This document shows positions 1 to 10,689 of a stretch of DNA of 64,000 nucleotides, piece after piece. The first letter of the stretch is position 1; each line of letters starts with the position of its first letter. This DNA is from Camelus ferus (taxonomy: Eukaryota): assembly GCF_009834535.1 (NCBI RefSeq), contig NC_045696.1, positions 42,844,001 through 42,908,000 on the forward strand, in the 5' to 3' direction. Below the pieces are notes generated by a model that searched no databases, had not been told where the DNA came from, and saw nothing but the letters and a program-made list of their open reading frames with translations. A program made the position numbers and the translations under genes.

Positions 1-180
1 TCCCACTGAGTACTTCTTTTTAGTGTAGACTTGCCTGCAACAGATTCTCTCAAGTTGTCTTAAAATTTCTTTATTCAACCTTTATTTTTGAAGACTGTCT
101 TGTCTGTGTATAGAATTACAGGCTTGGTTAATTTTTTTTCTCTTCACTTCAAAGATTCATTCCATTGCTATCTTTTCTTT
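1..180 (-). mobile_element. Old LINE-1 fragment (L1M/L1ME type, ORF1 3' region), antisense
   Basis: Resembles recalled L1M antisense text (caacagattctctc...tttattcaacctttatttttgaaga...tatagaatt...aaagattcattccattg); heavily diverged. Confidence 0.6.
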
Positions 181-1814
181 CAAGAATTCTGCAGTCTGAA
201 TTTTTCCTTTTACGTTCATGAACCTTGTTAGAGTTCTCACAGGACCATAGAGAGTCAATTGTTATTAATACCTCTGCTTTCTTCATTTCTTTAACAAAAT
301 TTTAATTTCTCACTTCATTCTGTGACTTAATATTCTTAAGAAGCATTTACTACAGAAGGTGGCTGAGGAAATTCTAATATTTCTCATTTTATGTTTCCAA
401 AAAATAATTAACCAAGTAGGTTTTCTCATGTTTGACCTCAAGCCAATTATTGACTTCTCCATCCCTCACACATCCATTATACAGAGGTAAGGGTGATCTT
501 AATCAAGGATGTGTGTATTTTCTTGTTTCCTGGTGCTCACTCTGTTAGCCTTTACTTCTGTGTCTACATAACTGCTCAGTTTCACTTGGGGTGTGTGCCC
601 TCAGGGTCATTAGTAGAGATAAGATTGTATGTAGTTAGTTCCTTTATTAACAAACCAAGGAATAACCTTTCCTTACCTTCATTTTACTTAACTCCAAGAG
701 AGGCATGCAAACTTCAGTTTTCTGCTAGGAATATAGCAAAAGCTCCTGGCCTCCAGTTAAGAACTTATTTTATGAATGAAGTGAAGTCTGTACCATGTTT
801 TAGAATGGTCTTTACTAACTCTTCTTCTAATTTGCATGTCTTAGAATTATTTACACTAGGATTGACATATGGGTAGTGTCCTTTAGGACTAATGACAGAT
901 GAAGTAGGTATTTTTTCTCTTACCTACTTTAATATTGGGCTACCACCAAGACTTTGGTAGGAACTCCATTAATTTTCTTACAAAAATGTAATCTCTTTCC
1001 CATTATTAACATGAGGGTGAGAAGTTCTCTTTTCTTTCTATGTACTCTTTTTCTGAGTTTTTTTTTTTTTTTCTTTTTTTTCTTTTTTAACCAGCCATGG
1101 TCCCAATGTGAGATCATAAATGGATCTGGCAGTACGGTATTCATGCTCTCTGGTCCTCTCAGGGGCAGCATAAGAAAAGGCATACAAGTTGGTAGAGTCC
1201 TTGAATAATCACAGTTGTATCTACCATACTCTGGGTTGGTGGCACACTGGAGGAGGCTTTAATTTGATTATCATAAAATTGACTTAGCTGCTCTCCTTAC
1301 CATTTCCAGTGTTTCAGTGCTGCATTTTGTATTACTGTGGGAAAGGGAAGGGACAATTTCTCCTGTTGCATTTATCTCAGACTGGTTTTTACTGAACCTA
1401 AGAAGATACTGCATTCAGATTATTAATAGATAGAATGCCAAAGACTTCACGTAACAGTGGGTCAGCACTCAAAACTAAAATTCTCAGTTGAGTAATATCA
1501 AAGTTGAGCAAGATTTTCTCCAAGTCCTCTAAAAAAGCATTGGGATGACCATGTGAGCCAGATCTTATTACAAGTTCATGCCAAAAGCTCTTTTATCAAA
1601 GACTCCTTCCTCCTTGCTTACTGGTTTCACTATTTCCAAAGCTGCTATGAGTAACTGTTTTTTCCTAGTTTCTCTCGGCTTTCCTCACTATTATATATTT
1701 TAGTTATTGATTGGTTTCCTGTTGGATGGTACAAAATATTTGATACATCAAAACATGGATAGGTCAGCAACCATTTGCACATCAAAATTTAATAAGTTCC
1801 GAGAGAGAAAAAGA

Positions 1815-2075
1815 AAGATGGGTGGGTGGAAAGGGACGTGGTTTCATAGATGGATGGATTGAAGGGTGAGTGGCTGGATGAATGGATAAGTAGGTAAAAA
1901 GACTGATAGATGGGTGGATGGATGGATGGATGGATGGATAGATAGGTAGGTGGGTGGATAGGGACATGGGTTCATAGATGGATGGATTGAAGGGTGGGTG
2001 GTTGGACGAATGGATAGGTAGGTAAAAAGATAGATGGGTGGGTGAGGAGGTAGAGAGAGAGAAAGAAAGAAAAAA
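1815..2075. repeat. Degenerate (GGAT/GGGT)n purine-rich simple repeat containing an internal duplication with 128-bp period
   Basis: GGATGGAT runs; the 82-bp segment 1821-1902 recurs at 1949-2030. Confidence 0.9.
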
Positions 2076-2814
2076 ATTAGTTCCTTCTTTATCATAGTTT
2101 GTTGGGACAAAGTGTTTCTATTTTATTTTATTATTTTATTCAGTCAAGGATCTTTATGTTGATTCCACTCCAATCAAACCAATCTGCTTGTTACAGGACC
2201 TCTGATTCAGTGTCAGTGCAGCCTAAGTATGTAGTTAATGGAAAGACTCACAAGACACATTATGTTCCTACCATTGGTTTAATATGTTTTTTGCATTTGA
2301 TTTCCTTTTGATTTTTTTCAGAAGACTTTATTTTTTAGAGCAGTTTTAGGTTCACAGCAAAATTGAGCAAAGGATAGCTTTCTGTATATCCCTTTCTCCA
2401 CACATAAACTGCTTCCTCCATTATCAGCCCCGTTCACCAGAGTGGTACATGAGTTTCAATTGATGAACTGACATTGACACATTGTTATTACTGAGGGTTC
2501 ACAGTTTATATTTGAGTACAGTCTTAATGTTGTACACTCCATGGCTTTGGAATAATGTGTAATATGTATCTCCATTACCGTGTTATACGGAATAGTTTCA
2601 CTGAAAGCCCTTTGTTTCACCTGTTACTGCCCCCTCCCTTCCCTAACCCTTGGCAACCTGTGATATTTTTACCTTTTCCATAGTTTTGTGTTTTCCAGAA
2701 AGTCAAATAGTTGGAATCGTTTTGGCATGTAGCCTTTTCATATTGGCTTCTTTCATTTATTGATACACATTTACGTTTCCTCTATGTCTTTTTATAACTT
2801 GATTGTTTCTACCT

Positions 2815-2932
2815 TTCTTGCTTTCTTCCTTCCTTCCTTCTCTCTTCTCTTTCTTTCCTTTCCTTCTTTCCTCCTTTCCTTCCTTTCCGTTCCTTCCTTT
2901 CCGTTCCTTCCTTTCCGTTCCTTCCTTTCCTT
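2815..2932. repeat. Polypyrimidine (CTTT/TTCC)n microsatellite ending in three copies of the 14-mer TTTCCGTTCCTTCC
   Basis: Read directly; 14-mer x3 at 2884-2925. Confidence 0.95.
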
Positions 2933-3158
2933 TATAAAAATACCAAAAGCATGACACCACAGTTATGCCGCGGCATGGGCTGATTAGTCACTAATCCATC
3001 GAGATGTCTTATTTAAGAGGAAAGTGTGGGCGATTTTAGGTGAGATGGTCCTGAAGTAAGAACCAGATGCCTGATAAAGTTCCGGTTTAGAAACCCCCAC
3101 AATGGATGGGCCCGGAGCGAGAAGAGGGACCCCTGCTGTGCGGGTTGATAGTTTCACG
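2933..3158 (-). other. NUMT: nuclear copy of the mitochondrial control region (D-loop central conserved domain, about boxes F to B), camelid/artiodactyl-like
   Basis: Reverse complement reads CGTGAAACTATCAACCCGC..CCCTCTTCTCGCTCCGGGCCCAT..GGCATCTGGTTCTTACTTCAGGACCATCTCACCTAAAATCGCCCAC..CTTAAATAAGACATCTCGATGG..GACTAATCAGCCCATGCCGCGGCATAACTGTGGTGTCATGC.TTTGGTATTTTTATA, the collinear conserved blocks of the mammalian mtDNA control region; 9 CpGs in 226 bp. Confidence 0.95.
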
Positions 3159-3593
3159 TCTTCCTTCCTTCCTTCCTTCCTTTCCTTCCTTTCCTTCCTT
3201 TCCTTCCTTTCCTTCCTTCCTTCCTTCCTCCTTCCTTCCTTCCTTCCTTCCTTCCTTCCTTCCTTCCTTCCCTTCCTTCCTTCCTCGTCTTCCTTCCTCG
3301 TCTTCCTTCCTCGTCCTTCCTTCCTTCCTTCCTTCCTCGTCTTCCTTCCTTCCTTCCTCGTCTTCCTTCCCCGTCTTCCTTCCCCGTCTTCCTTCCTCGT
3401 CTTCCTTCCTTCCTTCCTTCCTCGTCTTCCTTCCTTCCTTCCTCGTCTTCCTTCCTTCCTTCCTCGTCTTCCTTCCTTCCTTCCTCGTCTTCCTTCCTCG
3501 TCTTCCTTCCTCGTCTTCCTTCCTTCCTTCCTCGTCTTCCTCGTCTTCCTCGTCTTCCTCGTCTTCCTCGTCTTCCTCGTCTTTCTCATCTTC
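3159..3593. repeat. (TTCC)n microsatellite grading into CTCGTCTTC(CTTC)n and ending in a 9-mer (CTCGTCTTC) array
   Basis: Read directly; 5 perfect plus 2 degenerate 9-mers at 3531-3593. Confidence 0.95.
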
Positions 3594-6500
3594 CCATTGA
3601 ATAATATTCCATTGGATGTACCACAGCCATTCAGTTTCTGTTCACTTGCTCACTGACGTCTTGGTTGCTTCCCAATTGTGGCAATGATAAATAAAGCTGC
3701 TGCTATAAATATCCATGTGAGAGTTTTTCTGTAGGTAAAAATTTTCAACTCCTTTGGGTAAATAGTAAGGTGTGAAATCGATGTATCAAATGGTAATTGT
3801 ATGTTTAGTTGCCAAACTGTCTTCCAAAGTGGCTATACCATTCTGTATTCCCATCAGTAATAAATGAGAGGTCATGTTGTTCTATATCCTCACCAGGATT
3901 TGATGTCAGTGTTTTGGGTTTTGGCCATTCTAAGAGGTGTGCAGTGGTACTTCATTGTGGGTTTAACTTCCCTGAAGACACACGATGTGGGATGTCTTTT
4001 TCTGTGTTTATTTTTGACATCTGCGTATCTTGTCTGAGGTTTCTGTTCAGCTCTTTTGCCCATTTTTAAATTGGGTTGTTTCCTTTCTTATTGTTTAAGA
4101 GTTTCTTGTATATTTTGGGTAATAGTCTTTTATCAGATAGGACTTTTTACAAATATTTTCTTTTTGTGGCTTGTCTTTTAATCCTCTTGACAGTGTCTTT
4201 TGCAGAGCACAAGACTTTCATCTGAAGAAAGCCTGTTCTCTCATGGATCGTGCCACGTATCTAGAAAGTCATTTCTATGCCTAAGGTCCTCCAGATTTTA
4301 TTCTGTGTGAGTTTCTTCTAGGAGTTTTATAGTTTTGCATTTACAGTTAGGTCTTTGACCCATTTTGAGGTACTCTCTGTGATTTCCTTTGATTTTTGAA
4401 TTTGACTTGCTAGGCTGTAAGAGATGATGTTTAAGCGAGAGTGAGTAACATCAGGCCTATGAAGCTAATACCTCCTATTCCACACTTACTTTTAAAGTCT
4501 GCTCTAAGCGCCTGAATTTTATCCTGCCTTTGACTCTGCACTTTATATATTGGGGGAGGGGTCTCAGGCCATAGGGTACTTGGGACATCATGGCATACAG
4601 TTAACATTTCTCATTTATCTTAAGCCACGCCATTTCAGAGTTGCAAGAAAGTTGCATATTCCCACTTGCCAGGGAACAATTCAGATCTTGTGTTGGATCT
4701 TTCTCTGAGAACCTCATGTAGTTCTTGAAGCTCTTTTAAAAAGAGTAATGCTGATATTACTTGTCTTCAAATTTAGAGGCTTCAGGTTCTGCAGGTGTCT
4801 CATCTCAGCTATGTATTTTTCTAATAGACTTTAAAATAGGTATTTTCTTCACTTTTCCAGAAATATATTTTGTAATAACTTGTCTAGGTCCTTCAAGAAT
4901 GAATGCAGTTACTTAAAAAATTTCAAACCCAAACTTTGTTCAGTGTAACCAATATGACAGCTAATAAATACTTATTTTGAAAAATCCCATTTTAAACTAC
5001 TTACTTGGCTAAAACAAGTGTTTCTGTCCTCCCCCCACCACTGCCAAACCACGTAAATAAATAGTGTACTAGTGGAGGTGCGATTTGGCATCAAGTGTTT
5101 TACTTCCTCCTGCCAGCCTTGCATTCACTTGTCAACATTCAGTCAGTCCCCCAGGAGACGCTGTGCCCAGCTCCCTGTGACTGGGGAGGGTAACCGTAGG
5201 GGAGACAGGGGAAGAACGTGCATAGGAGGGAACAGAAGACATCTGCCCTGGGGACTGGTGTGGTCAACTTAAAAAGTATTTGTAGTACATGTGGAAATAA
5301 CCCTGGAACGTGTTCTGAATCAAAACACTTCTCATTAAAATTCCAGTGTTCTTTGGTAAAAAAGAAGAAAACAGTCATAGTTTATATTTTCACCTGGTGA
5401 AATCATAGCAAACATTTTAAATAGAGTTTAATATTTACTTCTCAAAATAATGCTCTCTTTAGGTCTAATTTTGTAGGTGTTTGTAAACATAACTTAGGAA
5501 CTTAAGTTCAAGGCTTAAAGAGCCAGAGGAGATGTGAAGGTGTTACTGATCTCAAATCTAACTGATCGCTAAGCTCATACTCTTTTTACTATTACCTGTT
5601 ACATAGGAAAAAGCCAAGTCACTCAAGACAAAAACTGTCTTTTAATCTACGTTTATACGGAAGTAAAAACATACCATTCAGTCTGTTACTAATGGCAATA
5701 TGAGCTAGAAAGGATTTATTGCAAATGAGAGTGTCTATTCAATGTACATATGAAGGCATTTAAAATCATGGCCAAATCACCAGGGTTACATTCAAACAAG
5801 TATATTAGACTTAGACAGGAAGTCTTAATTTTCAAATAGTAAAGTCAAACATACCAAGTCATTTTACCAAAAATCTTAGCAAATATGTGTGATTACTCAA
5901 TTAGCATACATCATAGATAACGTTAATCATAAGTGTACTATTTTTGAACAATAAGTTAAATATAAAAGCTACAAATCACTAAAAATGTGCTTTAAGGATA
6001 GAATATCTTTGAGACATATTTATACCAGAATATAATCGTTAGCTCAGTGGTTGGCTGAAGATTTACCTCTAGATTTTGAACTAAATTACAAGAATCACAA
6101 AAATAGAATTTGTCTCTCAATCCCAAAATATTTCAAAGAACTTTACTAAATAAAACTCTCCAACTAGGATATAGAATCCATAAGGGCAGAATTAAAACTT
6201 GGTGACTTTCTTTTCTTTCCCATAGCATATCCAAATTTATTTAATTTTTAAATAAATGATTTTTGAATTTAACTTACGCTATTTTGGGTCTTTTTATTCC
6301 AATATACCTAGTTGACTAATTTGATAAATCCATTCATACAAAAGTCAATTCTAATGGTTTTCAGTAGGATTGAAATCTTGATTATAATAACCATTGATGA
6401 TATAATAACCTTTGATAATTCACCTCAAATACTGCTTCAACAGATACTATTTGCAAGGAAAACGTTTTGCACAATGCAAATTCTTCTTGCTCTTTAATAA

Positions 6501-9405
6501 AAGTTTCAAGGTTTTAGGAAAAGTAAGTTAGATAACCCTCTCTGGAGATGAGAGCATATGTAATTTGTCTCATTAAGGAAACCAATGCAAAAAAATCAAA
6601 TGGCTAAACTGTAGCAAGATATGACTTTGGAATGAGATCATTATTTTAAATATTCATTTATTTTACTTATTTCTGCTCTGTTTTACAAAAAAAAAAAAAA
6701 AAAAAAGAAAGAAAATGTGACATAGAAGAATGGGTCTGGATATTCCAAATGGACAAACGTTTACGGCTATTTTGCCCTTTGGCTGTCAAATGGCTTCATG
6801 ATAGACTTTGCTTTTCAACCAATTTTGCTATATGTAGACACAGTCTATGAATCTCCTTTAGGAATAGAATCTGCATGGATTTTAAATTGAAGGCTATTGC
6901 TTTTGAGAAGAGAAAAACATTTTAAACAGTAAATAAGTAATACAAAGCATCACAGAGAGAAATCACCTCTGATGTGGTTTCTATATGTAAGATGTTGATC
7001 TTTATGCTGAAGCAGAAACAAAAACCATGCACCAGGCTATTTCTAAGAAGTCATAAAACTTGGGGAAAAAAACTGATTTATTTATTCTTTTGACTTCTTG
7101 ATTGGCAAGTTGGTTTTCTGTTCTTCTTTTTAAAGTTGTAAAAGGCAAACAATAGAAAGTAATCCAGGTATTAAAATAGGTATTATTTTAAATGAACTAG
7201 AATTATATTTAAAAGACTTACCTTCATTAGAAATGTTCAAAACACATTTGTGTTTCTGTAAATGCGGTGAATACTTGTGTAACCTGATAGACGATATGTA
7301 CTTTGTGTTTTAATGACTATAATTTGAATGGAGTCTCAGAAATATGATTCTCTTTGAAAGAACAGCAGAGAAGGAAAGGAAATACTCCAATAAATGGCAC
7401 TCCACCATTGGCAACTTGCATCCAATTGCATAGGCTTTTGGAAGCTTACTTCCATTTGTTTATTACATAAGCTTGTTAAAGCAAATGAAAAAAAAATGCT
7501 TCATTGGCCTAACTTAAATTGTGTGTAAATTTTCAATAGCACCAGTTGCTGCTACAGAAAGGAGACCATACCGGAAAGTTGACCCATGTGAAAATAAAAT
7601 ATTCATGTCTATGTTCATGGAAATATACAAGCCACCCAAGGCTAAAATAGCAGTTACATAACTTTCCCCCTTAATTCTCCTTATGAATGGATTTAGACTT
7701 TGAATTACCTTTATAAAGCATCTCAAATTCATTGCTTTATTTAACTCATTTGCACAGATTTTATAAACCTGTTACTGAAGAAATAGAGAAGCCAATAAAA
7801 ACAGAAATGTTATTGAGTATAAATGTCAAATTCTTAGAGGCTTCTAAATGTATTTTGCTGTTGAATCCAAGCTGTCTTCTGTTTTCAGATTGTACTCCTT
7901 CATTATATTATTGGCTGCTTATTACTATTCCTCATGTGGCCATATTGAATTTTGCTTCATTTAGGGTGGAATTTGTTTTTTATATTCCTGTTCTCACATA
8001 TCAGTAATAACATACCTTGTAGAAAGTTCCCAATCAAGGTATATTATGGAGAGGTAGATTTCAACATAAATGAACATATTAAATTTTATTTTAGCTTTCA
8101 GTTTGAAAACAAAAACTGTTCCTTATAACATAGATCCAGTGAAAAGGGGTGACAAATTATATGATGATAATTTAATATGAAGTATAAGTCAACAGCAAAT
8201 CAAAACAACGCTAGACATTTTAAAGGATAGTAAGAGAAATTTAGCAGGGCAGTGTTTCTGGCACATAGAAAATACAGTGTCAATGTGCTCTTAGATGTAT
8301 CAAGACATCTCTAATCTATATTGATCGTTGATGAATGATGAAGTCTTGATGTTCCCAGGCAGTAACTTACCTATTTCCGTCTCAATATATGTTTGACTCT
8401 TCATTTTCCTTTGCACAAGGAACTTTCAGTGTATCCACTTGAGTGACAGCCACTTGAGTAATTTCTTATGGAGTCAAATAACTGGAAGTTGATTGTCTAT
8501 CTCCATTTATTTCCATTTGGTAACAAGATCCATAATTTACACCTGTTGAGCAAACCCTGTAACATGTGCCCATTTTGTACTTTGTATCATCAACATTATA
8601 GCAATAATGTTTTGTACATTTTCTGCTGGATCTCTTGGGCTGCCTCAGTTAAAAAACAAAAAGGCCGTTATCAGCAGAGCAATATTGGTGCATTAGCAAT
8701 GATGAAGTGAAGACTTGCTGAAAGATAGCTTATATGAGCATAGCTTGCAGAACAGCTCCTCAGAGTGGTATTATAAAAGATGAAAACTTGGTCAGTTTCT
8801 CCTAGAAATGTTTTAATACTAAAAAAATTGAAATGTGTCTGCTATTTCTTGAAAAGTAGTCACAGGTACAGGGCATGAAAGAACATAATTCAAGAACCTA
8901 AACATTAGTTATGTTTCCCTAACCCCAACTTCATGACTTGATAGTAATCTAGTTTTAAATTTCAAGGAAAATAAGTATTTTATGAAATTTGAATCTTTCA
9001 AAGAGGTAAATTCATATTAATACTATGATTCAGTAGATGAAAAATTGCACAAATGAGGGAGAGCTTTATAAACTGCCAAATACCATAAAATCAGTGATTT
9101 ATAATTTACAAAGATTTTCTGCCTTATCATTGCTTTATTTAAAGTAATATTACTCAGCTTTATTCCCTGTACAGTGAGGAATTTTCTGTACCTTCTCCTT
9201 ATAGTATATTTGTCACCTGTCTTTGCACTCAAACTATTAGACTGGGCATAATTTTTGACTTTCCTCTGCTTCCTTAATCCTCAAATTAACTCAGCAAATA
9301 AACATTTTATTTTCCCTTTAAATTATTTCTTAAATTTTCTCTCCTCTTTATCTTCCATGACTTAACAAATCCTTTTCAACATATAGCTACAGTATTTTAG
9401 TTAAC

Positions 9406-10415
9406 TTTTTAAAAAATTGAGTGTAACTGACATAACATACTAATTTTAGGTGTACAACGTAGTGATTTGATATTTGTATATATTGTGACATGATCAGCAT
9501 AGTTTACATCTGTCATCATACACAGTTAGAAATAATTTTTTTTCCTGTGATGAGGACTTTTAAGATCACAGGGAACTATATTCAATATCTTGTAATAACT
9601 TTTAATGGAAAAAAAAGCCAAATATATGTATATATATGCATGACTGGGACATTGTGCTGTGCACCAGAAGCTGACACATTGTAATTGGCTGTACTATTAA
9701 AAAAAAAAAAAACTATTCTCAAAGCAGCTTTTAAGTATGAAGTACAATGTTATTAAATATAGTCAGCATGCTATACATTACTTCTCCAGAACTTACTTAT
9801 TCTGTAAGTGGTAATTTGTAGCCTTTGACCAACTTCACCCATTTCTCCCATTCCTACTCCTTAAGCAGCCTCTGGCCACCACCAATCTGTTTTCCTCATC
9901 TACAGGCTTGGTTTTTTGCTTTCAGTTTTTTGTCTTGAAATTCCACATGTGAGATCATATGGTACTTGTCTTTATCTGACTTACTTTATTCAGCATAATG
10001 CCCTCAAATTTCATCCACGTTGCTGCAAATGGCAAGATTTTATTCCTTTTTGTGGCTGAATAATTTTACATTGTGTGTATATACACCAAATCTTTTGTTT
10101 TTTTCCTTTATCCATTGATGACCACTTAGATTGTTTCCATGTCTTGTTTGTTGAAAATAATGCTGCAGTGAACAAGGGGCTGCATATATCCTTCTGACTT
10201 AGTATTTTTGTTTTCTTCCGATAAATACCCAGAAGTGGGAATTTCTGGATTATATGGTAGCTCTATTTGTACTTTTTTGAGGACCCTCCATACTGATTTC
10301 CATAGTGGTTACACCAGTTTACATTCCTGCACAAAGTTTCCTTTTCTACACATCTTTGCCAGCGCTTATTACTTCCTGCCTTTTGAGAATGACCATTCTA
10401 ATAGGTGTGGTGATC
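9406..10415 (-). mobile_element. L1MA9-like LINE-1 3' end, antisense, interrupted by a younger L1 tail
   Basis: aattgagtgtaactgacataac...ggtgtacaac...gaggacttttaagatc / ctattctc...cagcataatgccctc...aataccca gaagtggga. Confidence 0.85.
9567..9712 (+). mobile_element. Short young L1 3' terminus with poly(A), camelid/artiodactyl-type, nested in the opposite orientation
   Basis: cacagggaactatattcaatatcttgtaataac...atgcatgactgggacattgtgctgtgcaccagaa..gacacattgtaa, followed by A14. Confidence 0.8.
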
Positions 10416-10526
10416 TTGTATCTTGTATACTTGTATCTACAGTATTAATTACCTTTCTAATTGCTCTTCTCACTTGAATCTTGCCTCCATCAATGAACAA
10501 AATATGCCCTTTTGAATGATCTGATT

Positions 10527-10685
10527 CAGCGTTTTTCAAAATTACATGTTCATAGAAATGACCTGGTGATCTTGTTAAAATGCAGATTGGGATTCAGTAG
10601 GTGTGGAATGGAGCTGAAACTTCTGCATTCACAAGCTCACATGTGATGCTGGTAACGTTGGGCAGATCACACTGAGAAGCATGAA
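10527..10685. mobile_element. MER5A-like hAT-Charlie MITE
   Basis: cacc/gacctggtgatcttgttaaaatgcagatt..gattcagtagg...ctgcatt..acaagctc...gtgatgctg. Confidence 0.75.
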
Positions 10686-10689
10686 TCTT

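Larger units (their letters stand above)
2317..4379 (-). mobile_element. 5'-truncated L1MC-type LINE-1 (3' UTR plus end of ORF2), antisense, interrupted at ~2815-3593 by a microsatellite/NUMT block
   Basis: Typical L1MC 3' end (agactttattttttagagcagttttaggttcacagcaaaattgagc); L1 text resumes collinearly at ~3594 (ttgaataatattccattggatgtaccacag); candidate TSD tgatttcctt(t)tgattttt at 2298-2316 and 4380-4397. Confidence 0.85.

Noticed and set aside
2965..3095. Palindrome ATGCCGCGGCAT, hairpin GATTAG-TCA-CTAATC and a CTGA...GAAA pattern suggesting a ribozyme or structured RNA
   Set aside because: There is no CUGANGA hammerhead core, and the segment is fully explained as mtDNA control region.
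2984..3656. Longest ORFs in the track (201, 184 and 164 aa; RKT/RKEG and PSFL repeats)
   Set aside because: They are translations of a stop-free CT microsatellite plus the non-coding NUMT, not proteins.
6040..6090. tRNA A-box-like TAGCTCAGTGG
   Set aside because: No B-box, cloverleaf or SINE tail follows. I saw no tRNA-derived young SINE anywhere in the window.
7514..7732. 72-aa minus-strand ORF (VIQSLNPFIRRIKGESY...ENLHTI)
   Set aside because: No recognisable homology, a weak acceptor, and out of phase with the neighbouring candidate exons.
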